A model generated the notes under the pieces. The model was not told the origin of the DNA. It ran no database searches and worked only from the letters and a program-made list of their open reading frames with translations. From Leptonemataceae bacterium (GTDB lineage Bacteria > Spirochaetota > Leptospiria > Leptospirales > Leptonemataceae), in NCBI GenBank assembly GCA_965227295.1, contig OZ245742.1, positions 5,120,001 to 5,184,000 on the forward strand: a DNA stretch of 64,000 nucleotides. Direction: 5' to 3'. Made by a program: the position numbers and the translations under genes. Of this stretch, positions 1 to 9,856 are shown one piece after another (the stretch's first letter is position 1; every line of letters starts with the position of its first letter).

Positions 1-1
1 C

Positions 2-3000
2 CCCCGCATCGCCCTGACACGGAATTCGCATCGGCGCAACATCAGTCCATACAACCTTGAATCGCAGGTTTTTCATAAGAGGGTTCTTATTCTGTGCGTT
101 CCGAGCTCTCCTGACCACAAATTGATCCGCGATTTGCTTCTGCACTTTGGCCATGGTCAAGGCCGATTCATTTGTAACCATAGCGAGAATAACATTGGGA
201 TGACCTTTCACATCGAAAATCACCTTATCTTTTCCTCCGACCTGCTTCCCTTTTGAATTCGTGATCTTAACCAGCTTGTTCGGGTTCTTCCGCAGATCCT
301 TCGGAAGGATACGTTGAAAAAGCGGAGCTCGATTTTTCGGAGCAATATTATCCAGAGGACTGTAGCAGTTATGAACAAGAATCTTCTGCTTACCGGCGAA
401 GAAGTTATGATGTTCCTCAACATCGATATCGTAACGCAGCGCGGGCTCGGCCAGAGGCTCTTCCCGAATCGCCCGGACAGGGATATCGCTGCCGTCCGCC
501 GAACGCAGTTGCATACCGACCCGAAGATTCTCTACGCGAATCCACGTTTCGTTCTCCGGAACCCAGAAGCGGTGATTTCCAGTCACGACCAGAGTTTCAT
601 CACCAACTGTCAGATGGAACCAGTGTAAGGTTTCTAGTTCATAAGCCTGAACAACCGATCGAGAGTATTGGCGACTCCGGAACGGATCGAAAGCAACCAC
701 CGCCTCACCGGCTTCAATGGCTTCAATGGTCCTAAAACCGTCCGGCGTTAAGACTACCGTTCCCGCTGCAAAACAACTCCTGGTCGGGCAAGGATCGTAA
801 CCGTTCCCATCCTCATCCTGCGCCTTACGCTTCGCCTTCTCATTGGCAATGGCTTTCTCCTGCTCCGCCTTACTGTACTCGCCCGGTTTTTTCCGCGGCG
901 CCTCAATCTCACCACGCTTCAACGCCTTTTTGGCCTTTGTAACTTTGTCGGCCCCGATCCGAAAGAGCGCCTTGAACGGCCGCGCAAACATACTGGCCAC
1001 ACCGGTACCGATCGTCAGTGCGGCCGCAAGGTTCTCGCCGGCGTATATTTGCTTCGTCGCTTCAAAGAAAGTCTGCACATCGCCGACGACCGGAATCACG
1101 CCGAGAGCCAGGTTATCAATGAACGCGATGCCGGGATCCGAAACCGCGAACTCATTGATCGCGTCCATGCCGCCGCCCTTCAGCGCCTCGCCGATAGCCG
1201 CGAGCGCGCCTTCCAGCGAAGCCACGGTTTCCCGCGAGTACTCACTCGCCAGGTTCTGCGCATTTTCCAGGCCTTTGCGTAAATCGTGGAGCAGGTCGCG
1301 ATCAATAGCCTTCGTACCCAGCGGCTCTCGCAGATAAGCCTGGAAATCGTCGGTCTCTTTCCAGCGATCAATGAGGTCTTCCGAAGTCCGCGCGTTTTCC
1401 GGTTGCATTCCGTAACAAACGGAACGACTCGCGGTGCAGTAACGCACGCGATCCCGGCGCGGACCGCGGAGGTCCGCTTTATACTCTTCGCGCTTGAGGC
1501 CCAGCGCCGCAGCGGCGCGATCCCGATACTCTTCGATCGCCGCGAGGTCGTCGGTATCGACCTCGGTCTGCATGATCGTCTCTTCTTCTTTCTTGATTCC
1601 CCAGTACTCGTTGAACTCCGCCTGTTCTTTCGCGTTCAACTGCTGCGCCCAGACACCCAGCTCTTTGCCGTCGGCGTCCCAAAATTTCGTATGCGGAACA
1701 TCTACGAGTTGGGTGATGATCCGACCATTGCGTGAGGACTTGACCTTACGATATTCTTTGCGAAAAATCTGCTGTTTGACGACACCGTTGCTCTGGAACG
1801 TCAGCGTCTGACGCTGGCCGTCAACATAGCGTTCAAAGTACGTGGACTCCCCCAAAAGGCTGGACTTCTTCTTCCAGACGTTGCCCGCGGGATCGGTGTA
1901 CGTGGACTGAATATTGATCTCGGCGGTTTGCATCCGCTTGAAAAGCTTCGGGGCGCCGCCGCCTTTGATGTAATAACCGTGGCGGACAATGTTGCCGTTC
2001 GCGTCCCAGATTTTCGCACCGGCATAGTCTCCATTGGAGTGCCAGATGTCCTGGCGCAGCAGTCCCTCGTCCGTATAGATCAGCCTGTGCCGACGGCCGT
2101 CATCAAAGGTGGCCGCGAAGTATACCTGGCCGGAAGCCCGGTCGGTATGGCGACGCCAATAAGCACCCTCTTCGCCCAGCGCGGGTTGCCTGGGGATTCC
2201 GCTCTTGACTCCGGCATTAATATCGCGCGTGAGGCTTTGTGAAAAGAGCTTAGCCGGCTTCGGTTTGGAAGATGCCGCCGGTGCAGCCGCGATGGGCTTC
2301 GGGCGATTCGCGTCGTCGTTGTTGTTATTCGGCGGCGGTGCATTCGCAATCGGCTCCGAGTCCTCGTCATCCGTCGCTACGGTGTTCGTGGAATCGTCAG
2401 TCGGCCGTTCGTCCTCGGGCGGCGGGACCTCCCCATTGCGGTCGCCCGTAATGCTCTCAATGATCGAAGCAATGTCGCCGCTGCTGCTTTCGCTATCGGA
2501 GTTATCTACGTCATCGTCAGATCCGAAGACGTCCGGGAACATCTCGCCGAGATCCGGAGCATTCGAGAAAGGATCGTCTCCAAAAGGATTCAGGTCTACG
2601 TAGTCGCCTGGATTATTGAGCAGATCCTCCGCAGCGGCGACCTGACTTTCAATATCGTCGAGGTTCGAAATCGTTTCGAACTGTTCCGTCAAATCATCCT
2701 GCAAACCCTGCGCGTATGGACTGGTAAGCCCGTCCTGCTCGTTGTATGCGAGTAGATCGTCTCCCGCCCCGCCCAACGCCGCGGTAAATCCGTTCTCACT
2801 ATCATACCCAAAATCCAGATCACCGGCGGACCAATCGCCTCCGAAACTCAGTCCATCTTCGTCCTGGCTGAAGTCCATTCCGTACCCGGCACCGTCGACA
2901 CTCCAGCCATCCGCGCTGTCGTATGAAAACGACCCGGTTACCCCGCCGACATCATAAGAGATATCACCGGTATTATAACCGAAGCCGTTTTCCGAATCGT

Positions 3001-6000
3001 AGGTAAGATTGCCGAGGCCTGAATCCAGAGACCCATACGCCTCCCCGGTCGTAAGATTGTACCCGGCCTCCCAGTCATCGCCGCCGGTGCCGATCGTTAA
3101 TCCATCTTCACCGTAACCTAAGTCGAGGCCGTAACCCTCGCCGTCCATCTCCAGACCGGTGGCGGTGTTGTACGAAACATCCCCGGTAAAACCGCCGATG
3201 TCGTAGCTGATCGACGGCGTGGAGTAACTGAAGCCGTTGTCCGAGTCGTAGACTAAGTTCCCGTACTCCGAAGTTAGCGCCGCGCCGATGCCGTTCCCAT
3301 CGGAGACGTTCAGGCCGAAGCCCATATCGTCGGTTCCGAAGCTGAGGTTGCCGGCCAGGTTCCCGTCCGCGCCCACGGCGAAACCCGCGTTCCAGGTATC
3401 GCCGGACAGGCCGGCGCCGTACGAGGTAATGCCCTCGCCTTCCTGAAAGTTCATGTTCAGCCCGAGCTGCGGACCGCCCTCGCCCAGCGGGATGCCGACG
3501 CCCACCGAACCGCCGTAGCCGTCTTCAAAAGAATAGCTGAGACCGACGTTCACACCGTACTGCGACGTGAACGCATTGAGCGCACCGGACGCCGAGCCGA
3601 CGAACGCACCGGTCGTCCCGCCGTTCAGAGAACCCAGGTACGTTTGCTTCGCCGAATTGTAAGCCATCCAGATCGCCGTGCCGAGACCGGGGATGATGTT
3701 CCCCACGGAGTTCAACAAAATGCCCGCCGCCGTTTCACCGATGGTCATGGCCGTGTTTAAATCACTATGATATTGCTGATTGCGCCAGGCGTAGGTCAGC
3801 GCACCGCCGAGCATGTCCTCCGGCTGAAAGCGCGCGGCCTCACGACGATCCTGACGATACTGAGCCTTGGCAATCTCGGAGCTGACCCACATGCTGACGA
3901 GCTGCGTGACATCGTCCGAAAGATTAAACGTGTTCTGCACGTTATCCCAGAACACCGACTCGGCCCACGAACCCAGGGCCTCACCGACGTCGGCGCCGCC
4001 GAGTAAGGCCGAAAGAAACGTCGCCGGAACGCCGGTCATCTCTTCCAGTTGCGATGCGAATTGCCCGCGCACGTGACTTTCCAGCGCGCCGCCGAAGGCC
4101 GCGTGAAAGGACGCGCCGCCGAGCATGCCGAGGATCGCGGACTTCATGAGTTTTTTCATGAGCGTCACGCGCGCGGCGGCATCTTGCGCGTTTTCGAAGT
4201 AGCGGTCCCAACCGCTCTGAGCGATGCGGTTCGCCTCGACGACGTTCTCCTGAACGCCGGCGAGCTGTTCCTTAAACTGCTGCTGATTTTCTTCTAAGCC
4301 GTCGTAGAATGATCCGACGACCTCGCCCGTATCCCAGACGTCGAACAGGTCCGGCGTGGACACAAGTTGCACGGCGGAGGGCGCGGCAATGACGACGGAT
4401 TGATTGTAAGTGGCCGCCACGTAGTCGTTCACCGAAGAACCGTCGCCGCCGATCTGAATCAGCTCGCCGTTTGCAATCGCACGGTTCGCGACGATCTGAC
4501 CGCCCTGATCTTCAATCGTGAACTGAAACCGTTTCGCGGCGTCCTTGCGGTCCTTCTTGTCCTGCAACGCCTCGATTTCTTCGCCGTGGACGTCTTCCAG
4601 GGCCTCGTTTGCGTCGACGAGCCCTTCGAGGTACTCGAGGCGCGCCTTATCCTCCGCCGAGAACGGGCGCAGGTCCTCCTCCGAATACGGATTCAGCACG
4701 GACGAGATCGCCTCAAACTGCTTTTGTCTAATATCTAATGCCTGAGAGTTTAGCGTATCCGCCACCGCGAAGTTCAGCGACCCCTGCAGCGACTGCTGAA
4801 TGCCCTGTTCGAACTTCGCCAGGTTCTCCAGGTCCGGCCGGTTGCCCCGCCCGCGATTCAGAAACTCCGCCGAAAGCCGCGGCGCCGCCGCCGCGCTGGC
4901 CGCCGCAATGCCGTCCCGCTCTTTTTCGAAGGTCTTTGTGATCTGCGCCCAGTCGCCCTCGCCGGAACGATACTCTTCTTCCATGCGCGCGAGCCAGCGA
5001 TTGCGGGACTGCACGAGATCGGCCTGGCCGCCCTGAAACGCCGCGGCGGCCGTCGCCCGCTGCACGTCGGCCTCGGCCTGCCATGCCGCGTAATCGGCCC
5101 TGTACGTCGCGACCTGGGATTCCCAGTTCTGAATGGCCGGCAACAACTCGTCGCGCCAGCGGGTGAGCATGCCGCTCAGGGCGTTGTTGTAATTGCTCCA
5201 GATGTCCCGGTTGTTCTCGGCGTTGGGATCGTGCCAGTCGTAATTGACGACGATTCGGAAATAGGATTCGGGAATATGGCGCGTCCAATTTCCGCCGCTG
5301 GTAGTTGTTATAGAGTTACCCGGTTTCTGAGTTGGATTCGACGTTTTAATGACTGAGTAATCAATATCCTGACTCCTGAGAAAAACGGATGTTCCTTCAG
5401 TAGAATATGCGCCTTGCGAATTCAGAATATCTTCGGCCGTTTTTCTTTTTTTTATACTACTTCCGTACGCGCCCGTATTGGACAAATTATAGTAAACCGT
5501 ATGGGCCAGGGGATTAAGAGCTGTAGCCCCAAATATATCAACACCGTTTAGCGAGGAAATGTTTCGGAACTCACTGAATGCGGTCCGCAATGTAGATAAA
5601 CTCCCATGATCATGGTAGTCCGAGACTGCTTGCACATGGCCCAGAGTCATAATAGAGGCAACAAAGGCATTTTGGTTGGTCGGGAGGGTTCGATCAGGGC
5701 AGCTTGCACTGGTGCAACCGTAGTAATCATTCGTTGGCAACCGCCAACCTGTGTCTATGATCTGATCATAGTTCACTGTCCCGTTAATCAACCCATTCCA
5801 GTACGTCGTCCGCGCCGCCGCCTCCGCCTGGCGCCGTTGCATGTAGTCCGTCATCTGGACGGCAATCGCCGACAGGGGCGCGTCGTTTGCTAAGTCCTGT
5901 TTAATTGAAGCTAAAAGATTCTGCAACTCGGTGCCGGCGGCGTTCAGTTGATTCATGTCCGTCGAGCAATTCGAGCCGTGCGGGCCGCCGCAGGTTTCCT

Positions 6001-6799
6001 GGTAGAAGAAGCCGTTGTTCTGCAAGAGCGATTCGAGATTCGCAACGGTGGACTGAATGCCGTCGCGCACGCGCTGTTCGTAGGCGTCGATCTGTTCCAG
6101 GCTGCTCTGGAATTCCGCGTCTTTCAGCGCGAGTTCGTTCAGCAGCGACGTGTACTCCTGCTGCAACGCACCGAGGGCGAGCTGATACTCCGCGAAACCG
6201 GACTGCATGCTCTGCTGAAATTCTTCGTCCCACGCCTCGCGGTCGCCTTCCATCTCGGCGCTTGTGCTGTTTGGATCGGTGGCCGTCGTGCGCCCGCTAT
6301 CGATCGCGTCGTCGGAATCTTCCTGCGCCTCCTGCAACCGGCGATCCGAAAGATCGCTGAGAAACGCCAAACGCTCGCCTTCGATCTCCGCGTCGAGGGC
6401 CAGCTCCCAATCCGCAAAGGCCTCTTGCTTTTGTACGAGCAGTTCTTTGCGCAGATAGTCGCGATACTCCTGGGGCGAATTGAAATGATCGCTTTGCGTA
6501 ATACTGGAGAGATGACCTTCGATCTCCGTATTGACCGCGGCTTCCCACTGCGCCGCCAGCGTGAACTTGCCCTGAGAGATGACGTACTCCCACGTCTGCG
6601 CCGACTGACTGTTCGTCGCGATGTTGAAAACAGGATCCAGGGTGCCCGCCGAGTGCGCCGGCGCATTCAGATTCGGCACGGGCGCCGGTTGCGCCAGAAC
6701 CACGCCGGGGGCCACGGTCCAGACGATCATGGACGCGGCCAGAACGGCGGCCGTCCAGCGCGCGAAGAGATTGTATCGTTTTCGACGGTAAAGAATCAT
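2..6799 (-). CDS. Giant secreted TIGR04388-like protein with a C-terminal Hint domain and a putative toxin tip; 3' end lies outside the window
   Basis: ATG at 6799 gives MILYRRKRYNLFARWTAAVLAASMIVWTVAPGVVLAQP (signal-like). The Hint motifs CFAAGTVV (775) and ILVHN/C (373-365) are in the same frame. The ORF track lists no stop-terminated ORF in this frame, consistent with one open frame to the window edge. Confidence 0.85.
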   Translation of the reverse strand, partial: MILYRRKRYNLFARWTAAVLAASMIVWTVAPGVVLAQPAPVPNLNAPAHSAGTLDPVFNIATNSQSAQTWEYVISQGKFTLAAQWEAAVNTEIEGHLSSITQSDHFNSPQEYRDYLRKELLVQKQEAFADWELALDAEIEGERLAFLSDLSDRRLQEAQEDSDDAIDSGRTTATDPNSTSAEMEGDREAWDEEFQQSMQSGFAEYQLALGALQQEYTSLLNELALKDAEFQSSLEQIDAYEQRVRDGIQSTVANLESLLQNNGFFYQETCGGPHGSNCSTDMNQLNAAGTELQNLLASIKQDLANDAPLSAIAVQMTDYMQRRQAEAAARTTYWNGLINGTVNYDQIIDTGWRLPTNDYYGCTSASCPDRTLPTNQNAFVASIMTLGHVQAVSDYHDHGSLSTLRTAFSEFRNISSLNGVDIFGATALNPLAHTVYYNLSNTGAYGSSIKKRKTAEDILNSQGAYSTEGTSVFLRSQDIDYSVIKTSNPTQKPGNSITTTSGGNWTRHIPESYFRIVVNYDWHDPNAENNRDIWSNYNNALSGMLTRWRDELLPAIQNWESQVATYRADYAAWQAEADVQRATAAAAFQGGQADLVQSRNRWLARMEEEYRSGEGDWAQITKTFEKERDGIAAASAAAAPRLSAEFLNRGRGNRPDLENLAKFEQGIQQSLQGSLNFAVADTLNSQALDIRQKQFEAISSVLNPYSEEDLRPFSAEDKARLEYLEGLVDANEALEDVHGEEIEALQDKKDRKDAAKRFQFTIEDQGGQIVANRAIANGELIQIGGDGSSVNDYVAATYNQSVVIAAPSAVQLVSTPDLFDVWDTGEVVGSFYDGLEENQQQFKEQLAGVQENVVEANRIAQSGWDRYFENAQDAAARVTLMKKLMKSAILGMLGGASFHAAFGGALESHVRGQFASQLEEMTGVPATFLSALLGGADVGEALGSWAESVFWDNVQNTFNLSDDVTQLVSMWVSSEIAKAQYRQDRREAARFQPEDMLGGALTYAWRNQQYHSDLNTAMTIGETAAGILLNSVGNIIPGLGTAIWMAYNSAKQTYLGSLNGGTTGAFVGSASGALNAFTSQYGVNVGLSYSFEDGYGGSVGVGIPLGEGGPQLGLNMNFQEGEGITSYGAGLSGDTWNAGFAVGADGNLAGNLSFGTDDMGFGLNVSDGNGIGAALTSEYGNLVYDSDNGFSYSTPSISYDIGGFTGDVSYNTATGLEMDGEGYGLDLGYGEDGLTIGTGGDDWEAGYNLTTGEAYGSLDSGLGNLTYDSENGFGYNTGDISYDVGGVTGSFSYDSADGWSVDGAGYGMDFSQDEDGLSFGGDWSAGDLDFGYDSENGFTAALGGAGDDLLAYNEQDGLTSPYAQGLQDDLTEQFETISNLDDIESQVAAAEDLLNNPGDYVDLNPFGDDPFSNAPDLGEMFPDVFGSDDDVDNSDSESSSGDIASIIESITGDRNGEVPPPEDERPTDDSTNTVATDDEDSEPIANAPPPNNNNDDANRPKPIAAAPAASSKPKPAKLFSQSLTRDINAGVKSGIPRQPALGEEGAYWRRHTDRASGQVYFAATFDDGRRHRLIYTDEGLLRQDIWHSNGDYAGAKIWDANGNIVRHGYYIKGGGAPKLFKRMQTAEINIQSTYTDPAGNVWKKKSSLLGESTYFERYVDGQRQTLTFQSNGVVKQQIFRKEYRKVKSSRNGRIITQLVDVPHTKFWDADGKELGVWAQQLNAKEQAEFNEYWGIKKEEETIMQTEVDTDDLAAIEEYRDRAAAALGLKREEYKADLRGPRRDRVRYCTASRSVCYGMQPENARTSEDLIDRWKETDDFQAYLREPLGTKAIDRDLLHDLRKGLENAQNLASEYSRETVASLEGALAAIGEALKGGGMDAINEFAVSDPGIAFIDNLALGVIPVVGDVQTFFEATKQIYAGENLAAALTIGTGVASMFARPFKALFRIGADKVTKAKKALKRGEIEAPRKKPGEYSKAEQEKAIANEKAKRKAQDEDGNGYDPCPTRSCFAAGTVVLTPDGFRTIEAIEAGEAVVAFDPFRSRQYSRSVVQAYELETLHWFHLTVGDETLVVTGNHRFWVPENETWIRVENLRVGMQLRSADGSDIPVRAIREEPLAEPALRYDIDVEEHHNFFAGKQKILVHNCYSPLDNIAPKNRAPLFQRILPKDLRKNPNKLVKITNSKGKQVGGKDKVIFDVKGHPNVILAMVTNESALTMAKVQKQIADQFVVRRARNAQNKNPLMKNLRFKVVWTDVAPMRIPCQGDAG
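368..775 (-). other. Hint (polymorphic-toxin/intein-like) autoprocessing domain, 136 aa
   Basis: Manual translation: CFAAGTVVLTPDGFRTIEAIEAGE...VTGNHRFW...YDIDVEEHHNFFAGKQKILVHN followed by C. Confidence 0.92.
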
Positions 6800-6951
6800 C
6801 CTGTCACCCGGAGCGCCGGTCAGGCTAAACTGTGGATACTAATGATACTTTACCACATTGCGGAAATTCCGCTGCGATGGCAAGGACCTCCTCGAAGGTG
6901 AGGATTAGAAAACGGTAAGCAGCGAAAGCAGGGTGGGCCGGTACAAGAAAT

Positions 6952-6989
6952 TGCGGATTGGCTCAAACGGCAGCTTGAGCCAATCCGCA
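6952..6989. other. Perfect 15-bp stem-loop, possible terminator or RNA-stabilising hairpin
   Basis: TGCGGATTGGCTCAA-N8-TTGAGCCAATCCGCA. Confidence 0.6.
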
Positions 6990-7035
6990 TCTATAGGGAG
7001 GAAACAATCACGAGTGCAGACAACGGGGGGTGAAT

Positions 7036-7063
7036 TCGGAGGGGGCGAAAATGCCCCCTCCGA
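7036..7063 (-). terminator. Hairpin downstream of the porin-like gene
   Basis: TCGGAGGGGGC-N6-GCCCCCTCCGA, about 30 bp after the stop at 7091; no strong U-tract. Confidence 0.5.
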
Positions 7064-7090
7064 TGTGTTGTGCGTCACACACCCATTGAC

Positions 7091-8218
7091 TTAGATGCTG
7101 AAGCTGTATCCTACGCTGAGCCACCACAGGGTCCGCGGCATTTTCTGACGCGGAGTGTAGCTGTAGGTGCGTCCCGACGTACCCATAGTGGTAGCGTTCA
7201 GGAAGTTACCGATCGCGCCATTCACTGCGGCGTTCAGCACACCGTTGTTCAGTGACGGATCCGCTACGAGACCGTCGCCGTAGGTTGATTCACCATCAAT
7301 CCACGCGGGAACGGCTTCGCCGTAAGAGTCCTCACCGAGCAGTTGCTCGTGGAAGGCAATGTTCGGGCGAACAGCAAAGTTATACGCCAGGTAAAAACCA
7401 TATGCGCTAATACCAATGCTACCCGTTACGTCCTGGACACCTTTGAGGTTTTCCCAGACGCCGTAGCCGACACCAACACCGTAGTCCAGAGAGATACCGT
7501 CTGCGATGTCGAAGCTGGAACCATAAGAAAGGTTATAGTACTGCTCCGAGCTGTCGGTCTCACTGTACATCGTCAGCGAAAGATCCGGGAGAAACGGCAG
7601 CGCATAGCTTACGAAGATTTCCGTAAGTGCGAAGCCGGATTTTGCCCGGGTGTTCGGCTGCATGTAGTTTACGATACCGAAACCCATGTAGCCGACCGTC
7701 GTGTCCGCTTCATAACCGATGGTCATGTCCACTTCGTCGAGGCGATCCAGACCGTTTTCTTCCCGATAGTAACCGGGGAAAGCGCCCAGATCGTCCAGCG
7801 GCGTCGTAAGCGACGGGAATGCAGCGTTCGTCCACACTTCCGTCGGCTCAATGGAATCGCCACTGGGACCGGTTTGGAGCAATCCATCCGTATCCTGGTC
7901 GCTGCGTCCTTCCATGGCGAACGAGCCCCAGATGTTGAAGTACAGACCCTCTACCGGCGTATTGAAGTTAATCGAGGGCTGAAACGCCCATGCGCCGGTG
8001 TGGGCTCCGTAGCTTTCACCCTTTTGCGAGGCTCGGTTCGTGAAGAAATCGGTTCCACGGAACACATAATTAGATACAAACGCCAGATCGACGTCAACGC
8101 TACCTTCCGGCAGTGCGTCATCATCCGCGGCGGGCGCAGGATCGATATCGTCCTGTGCAAATACCGGGAATGAGACCAGTGCCAGAAGTAAGCTAAATAC
8201 TGTGACTTTTTTTATCAT
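7091..8218 (-). CDS. Outer-membrane beta-barrel, TorF/TIGR02001-like putative porin
   Basis: Signal peptide, FVSNYVFRG motif, C-terminal VGYSFSI, GGAGG RBS upstream. Confidence 0.7.
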   Translation of the reverse strand: MIKKVTVFSLLLALVSFPVFAQDDIDPAPAADDDALPEGSVDVDLAFVSNYVFRGTDFFTNRASQKGESYGAHTGAWAFQPSINFNTPVEGLYFNIWGSFAMEGRSDQDTDGLLQTGPSGDSIEPTEVWTNAAFPSLTTPLDDLGAFPGYYREENGLDRLDEVDMTIGYEADTTVGYMGFGIVNYMQPNTRAKSGFALTEIFVSYALPFLPDLSLTMYSETDSSEQYYNLSYGSSFDIADGISLDYGVGVGYGVWENLKGVQDVTGSIGISAYGFYLAYNFAVRPNIAFHEQLLGEDSYGEAVPAWIDGESTYGDGLVADPSLNNGVLNAAVNGAIGNFLNATTMGTSGRTYSYTPRQKMPRTLWWLSVGYSFSI

Positions 8219-8254
8219 CAACTCACTTCCTCCGTTGTGCAGTTAACTGTGCTA

Positions 8255-8270
8255 TGCACTAATCATACCA
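8255..8270 (-). promoter_or_regulatory. Sigma-54 -24/-12 promoter for the porin-like gene
   Basis: Minus strand TGGTATGATTAGTGCA = GG-N10-GC; NtrC-like sites TGCAG-N7-CTGCA (8289-8305) and TGCAC-N7-GTGTG (8365-8381) upstream. Confidence 0.6.
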
Positions 8271-8648
8271 GGCCGTATGTCAAACGAATGCAGCCTGATT
8301 CTGCACAATTCATAGTCAGATTGACCGATTGTCAAAGCGAATGATGCAGTACGCTTAAATATTTTGCACTTTTTTTGTGTGAATTGCCCGGAATGCGGGC
8401 AGGCGTGGCGAACGCGAACTAATGAAACCTCTATTATGTCGCGGGACGGCCGGAGCTATTTTTTACGCATTTTCCGAAAAAAGGAGGCATTTTCACGAAA
8501 ACGGGCCCTGTGCACCGCAAAACTGCCTGGCGCGGCGCATTACGTCGCATCTTTCCTGGACGACTGTTCATCAATTTTGTTGCAGCAAAGACCGATTTTA
8601 CAGATACGCGGAATACAGCACCTTCGCTCTCCCGGACACAACCACATT

Positions 8649-9848
8649 ATGGAACACATTGTAGATCACGACCGCGATCTCGAGATCGTCTACGAGACCG
8701 AGAAGATCAATTACCTGCTCAAGCGGCACCTGGCCAATCGCACCATGTACGTGAAAGGCTTCGATCCGCCCTATCCCGTTAAGGTTGCCGGTTTCAACGA
8801 TCTCAACGTGCTCTCCGTGGACATGGGCGGGCACTGTGAACCGGACAAAGACGAAGAGATCGTGCTCTTTCGCATTCTCGGGCGTTACCTGCATCTGAGC
8901 TGCCTGGTTCTCGGGCCGACGGGCCAGGGCAATCTCTACACCCTCACCGTACAATCCGCCGGCATTGCGCGCACGGAACGCAAGAACCTGCGCATCCCCG
9001 TAAACAACGACGAATGTCACATTACGAACATTCGCACCAGCAAACATACGATCGACGCAACCTTGTTCAACGTGCCGACTTCCGTGAAGGTCGCCTTCTC
9101 CACGTTCGAACAGCAACTGCGCGCGCAGGAGGCCGGCGCCGAAATCAAGATCGACGTCTTCGGCAAACGCGGCACGATCCTCGACGAGGTCCGCAAGCAC
9201 GGCAAGGCCCTGCTCATTTCGGATACCCAGGATGCGAACGCCTACGGCAACGAAGGCCGCGAGGACCACTACATCGACTACGCCGAATACCTGGACGACG
9301 AGCTGCGGGAAAAGATGATCGAGTACCAGCGGCAGAAGATCGTCTCCGAGGTGATCGTGCCGATCAATTACATCACCCACGACATGTCCTCGATTCCGCT
9401 GGGGTTCATCCAGCTGACCTCGCAGAAGGAACACTACGACGAAACGAAGGTCGCGCAACTCATGTCCATCGCGAACCAGCTCGTCAAACGCATTCGGGAC
9501 TCGAACACCGTCGTCATTCAGGAGCGCCAGGAGGTCGTGAATCTTTCCCAGGGCGGCCTCAAGGTCCGCATCCAGCACGAGGAACTGAAAGATTATCTCA
9601 TGCGCCAGCAGGGTTTCACGTTTGATCTCTACTTTAAGATGCAGGCGCCCATCACCCTGCACGCCATGATTCGCTCGGCCTACTTCGCCCCGTCCGGCGA
9701 TCTGACATTGGGCCTGCAAATTTCCGGCACGGGCTCCGGCAAAGAGATGCTCAAACGTTTCGCCCACAACCTGGCGGGCATGGAAGCGAAGCTGCGGGAC
9801 AACCTGGCGAAACGCCAGGCCGCGAACAAGGGCGGCGGGTCGTCGTAG
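8649..9848 (+). CDS. DUF1577-like protein (Leptospira family, PilZ-related)
   Basis: MEHIVDHDRDLE start; RxxxR (RKNLR) and NLSQGG PilZ-like motifs. Confidence 0.7.
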   Translation: MEHIVDHDRDLEIVYETEKINYLLKRHLANRTMYVKGFDPPYPVKVAGFNDLNVLSVDMGGHCEPDKDEEIVLFRILGRYLHLSCLVLGPTGQGNLYTLTVQSAGIARTERKNLRIPVNNDECHITNIRTSKHTIDATLFNVPTSVKVAFSTFEQQLRAQEAGAEIKIDVFGKRGTILDEVRKHGKALLISDTQDANAYGNEGREDHYIDYAEYLDDELREKMIEYQRQKIVSEVIVPINYITHDMSSIPLGFIQLTSQKEHYDETKVAQLMSIANQLVKRIRDSNTVVIQERQEVVNLSQGGLKVRIQHEELKDYLMRQQGFTFDLYFKMQAPITLHAMIRSAYFAPSGDLTLGLQISGTGSGKEMLKRFAHNLAGMEAKLRDNLAKRQAANKGGGSS

Positions 9849-9856
9849 ATCTTACT

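Noticed and set aside
220..6901. All track ORFs in 0.2-6.9 kb
   Set aside because: They are antisense or off-frame shadows of the single giant minus-strand gene.
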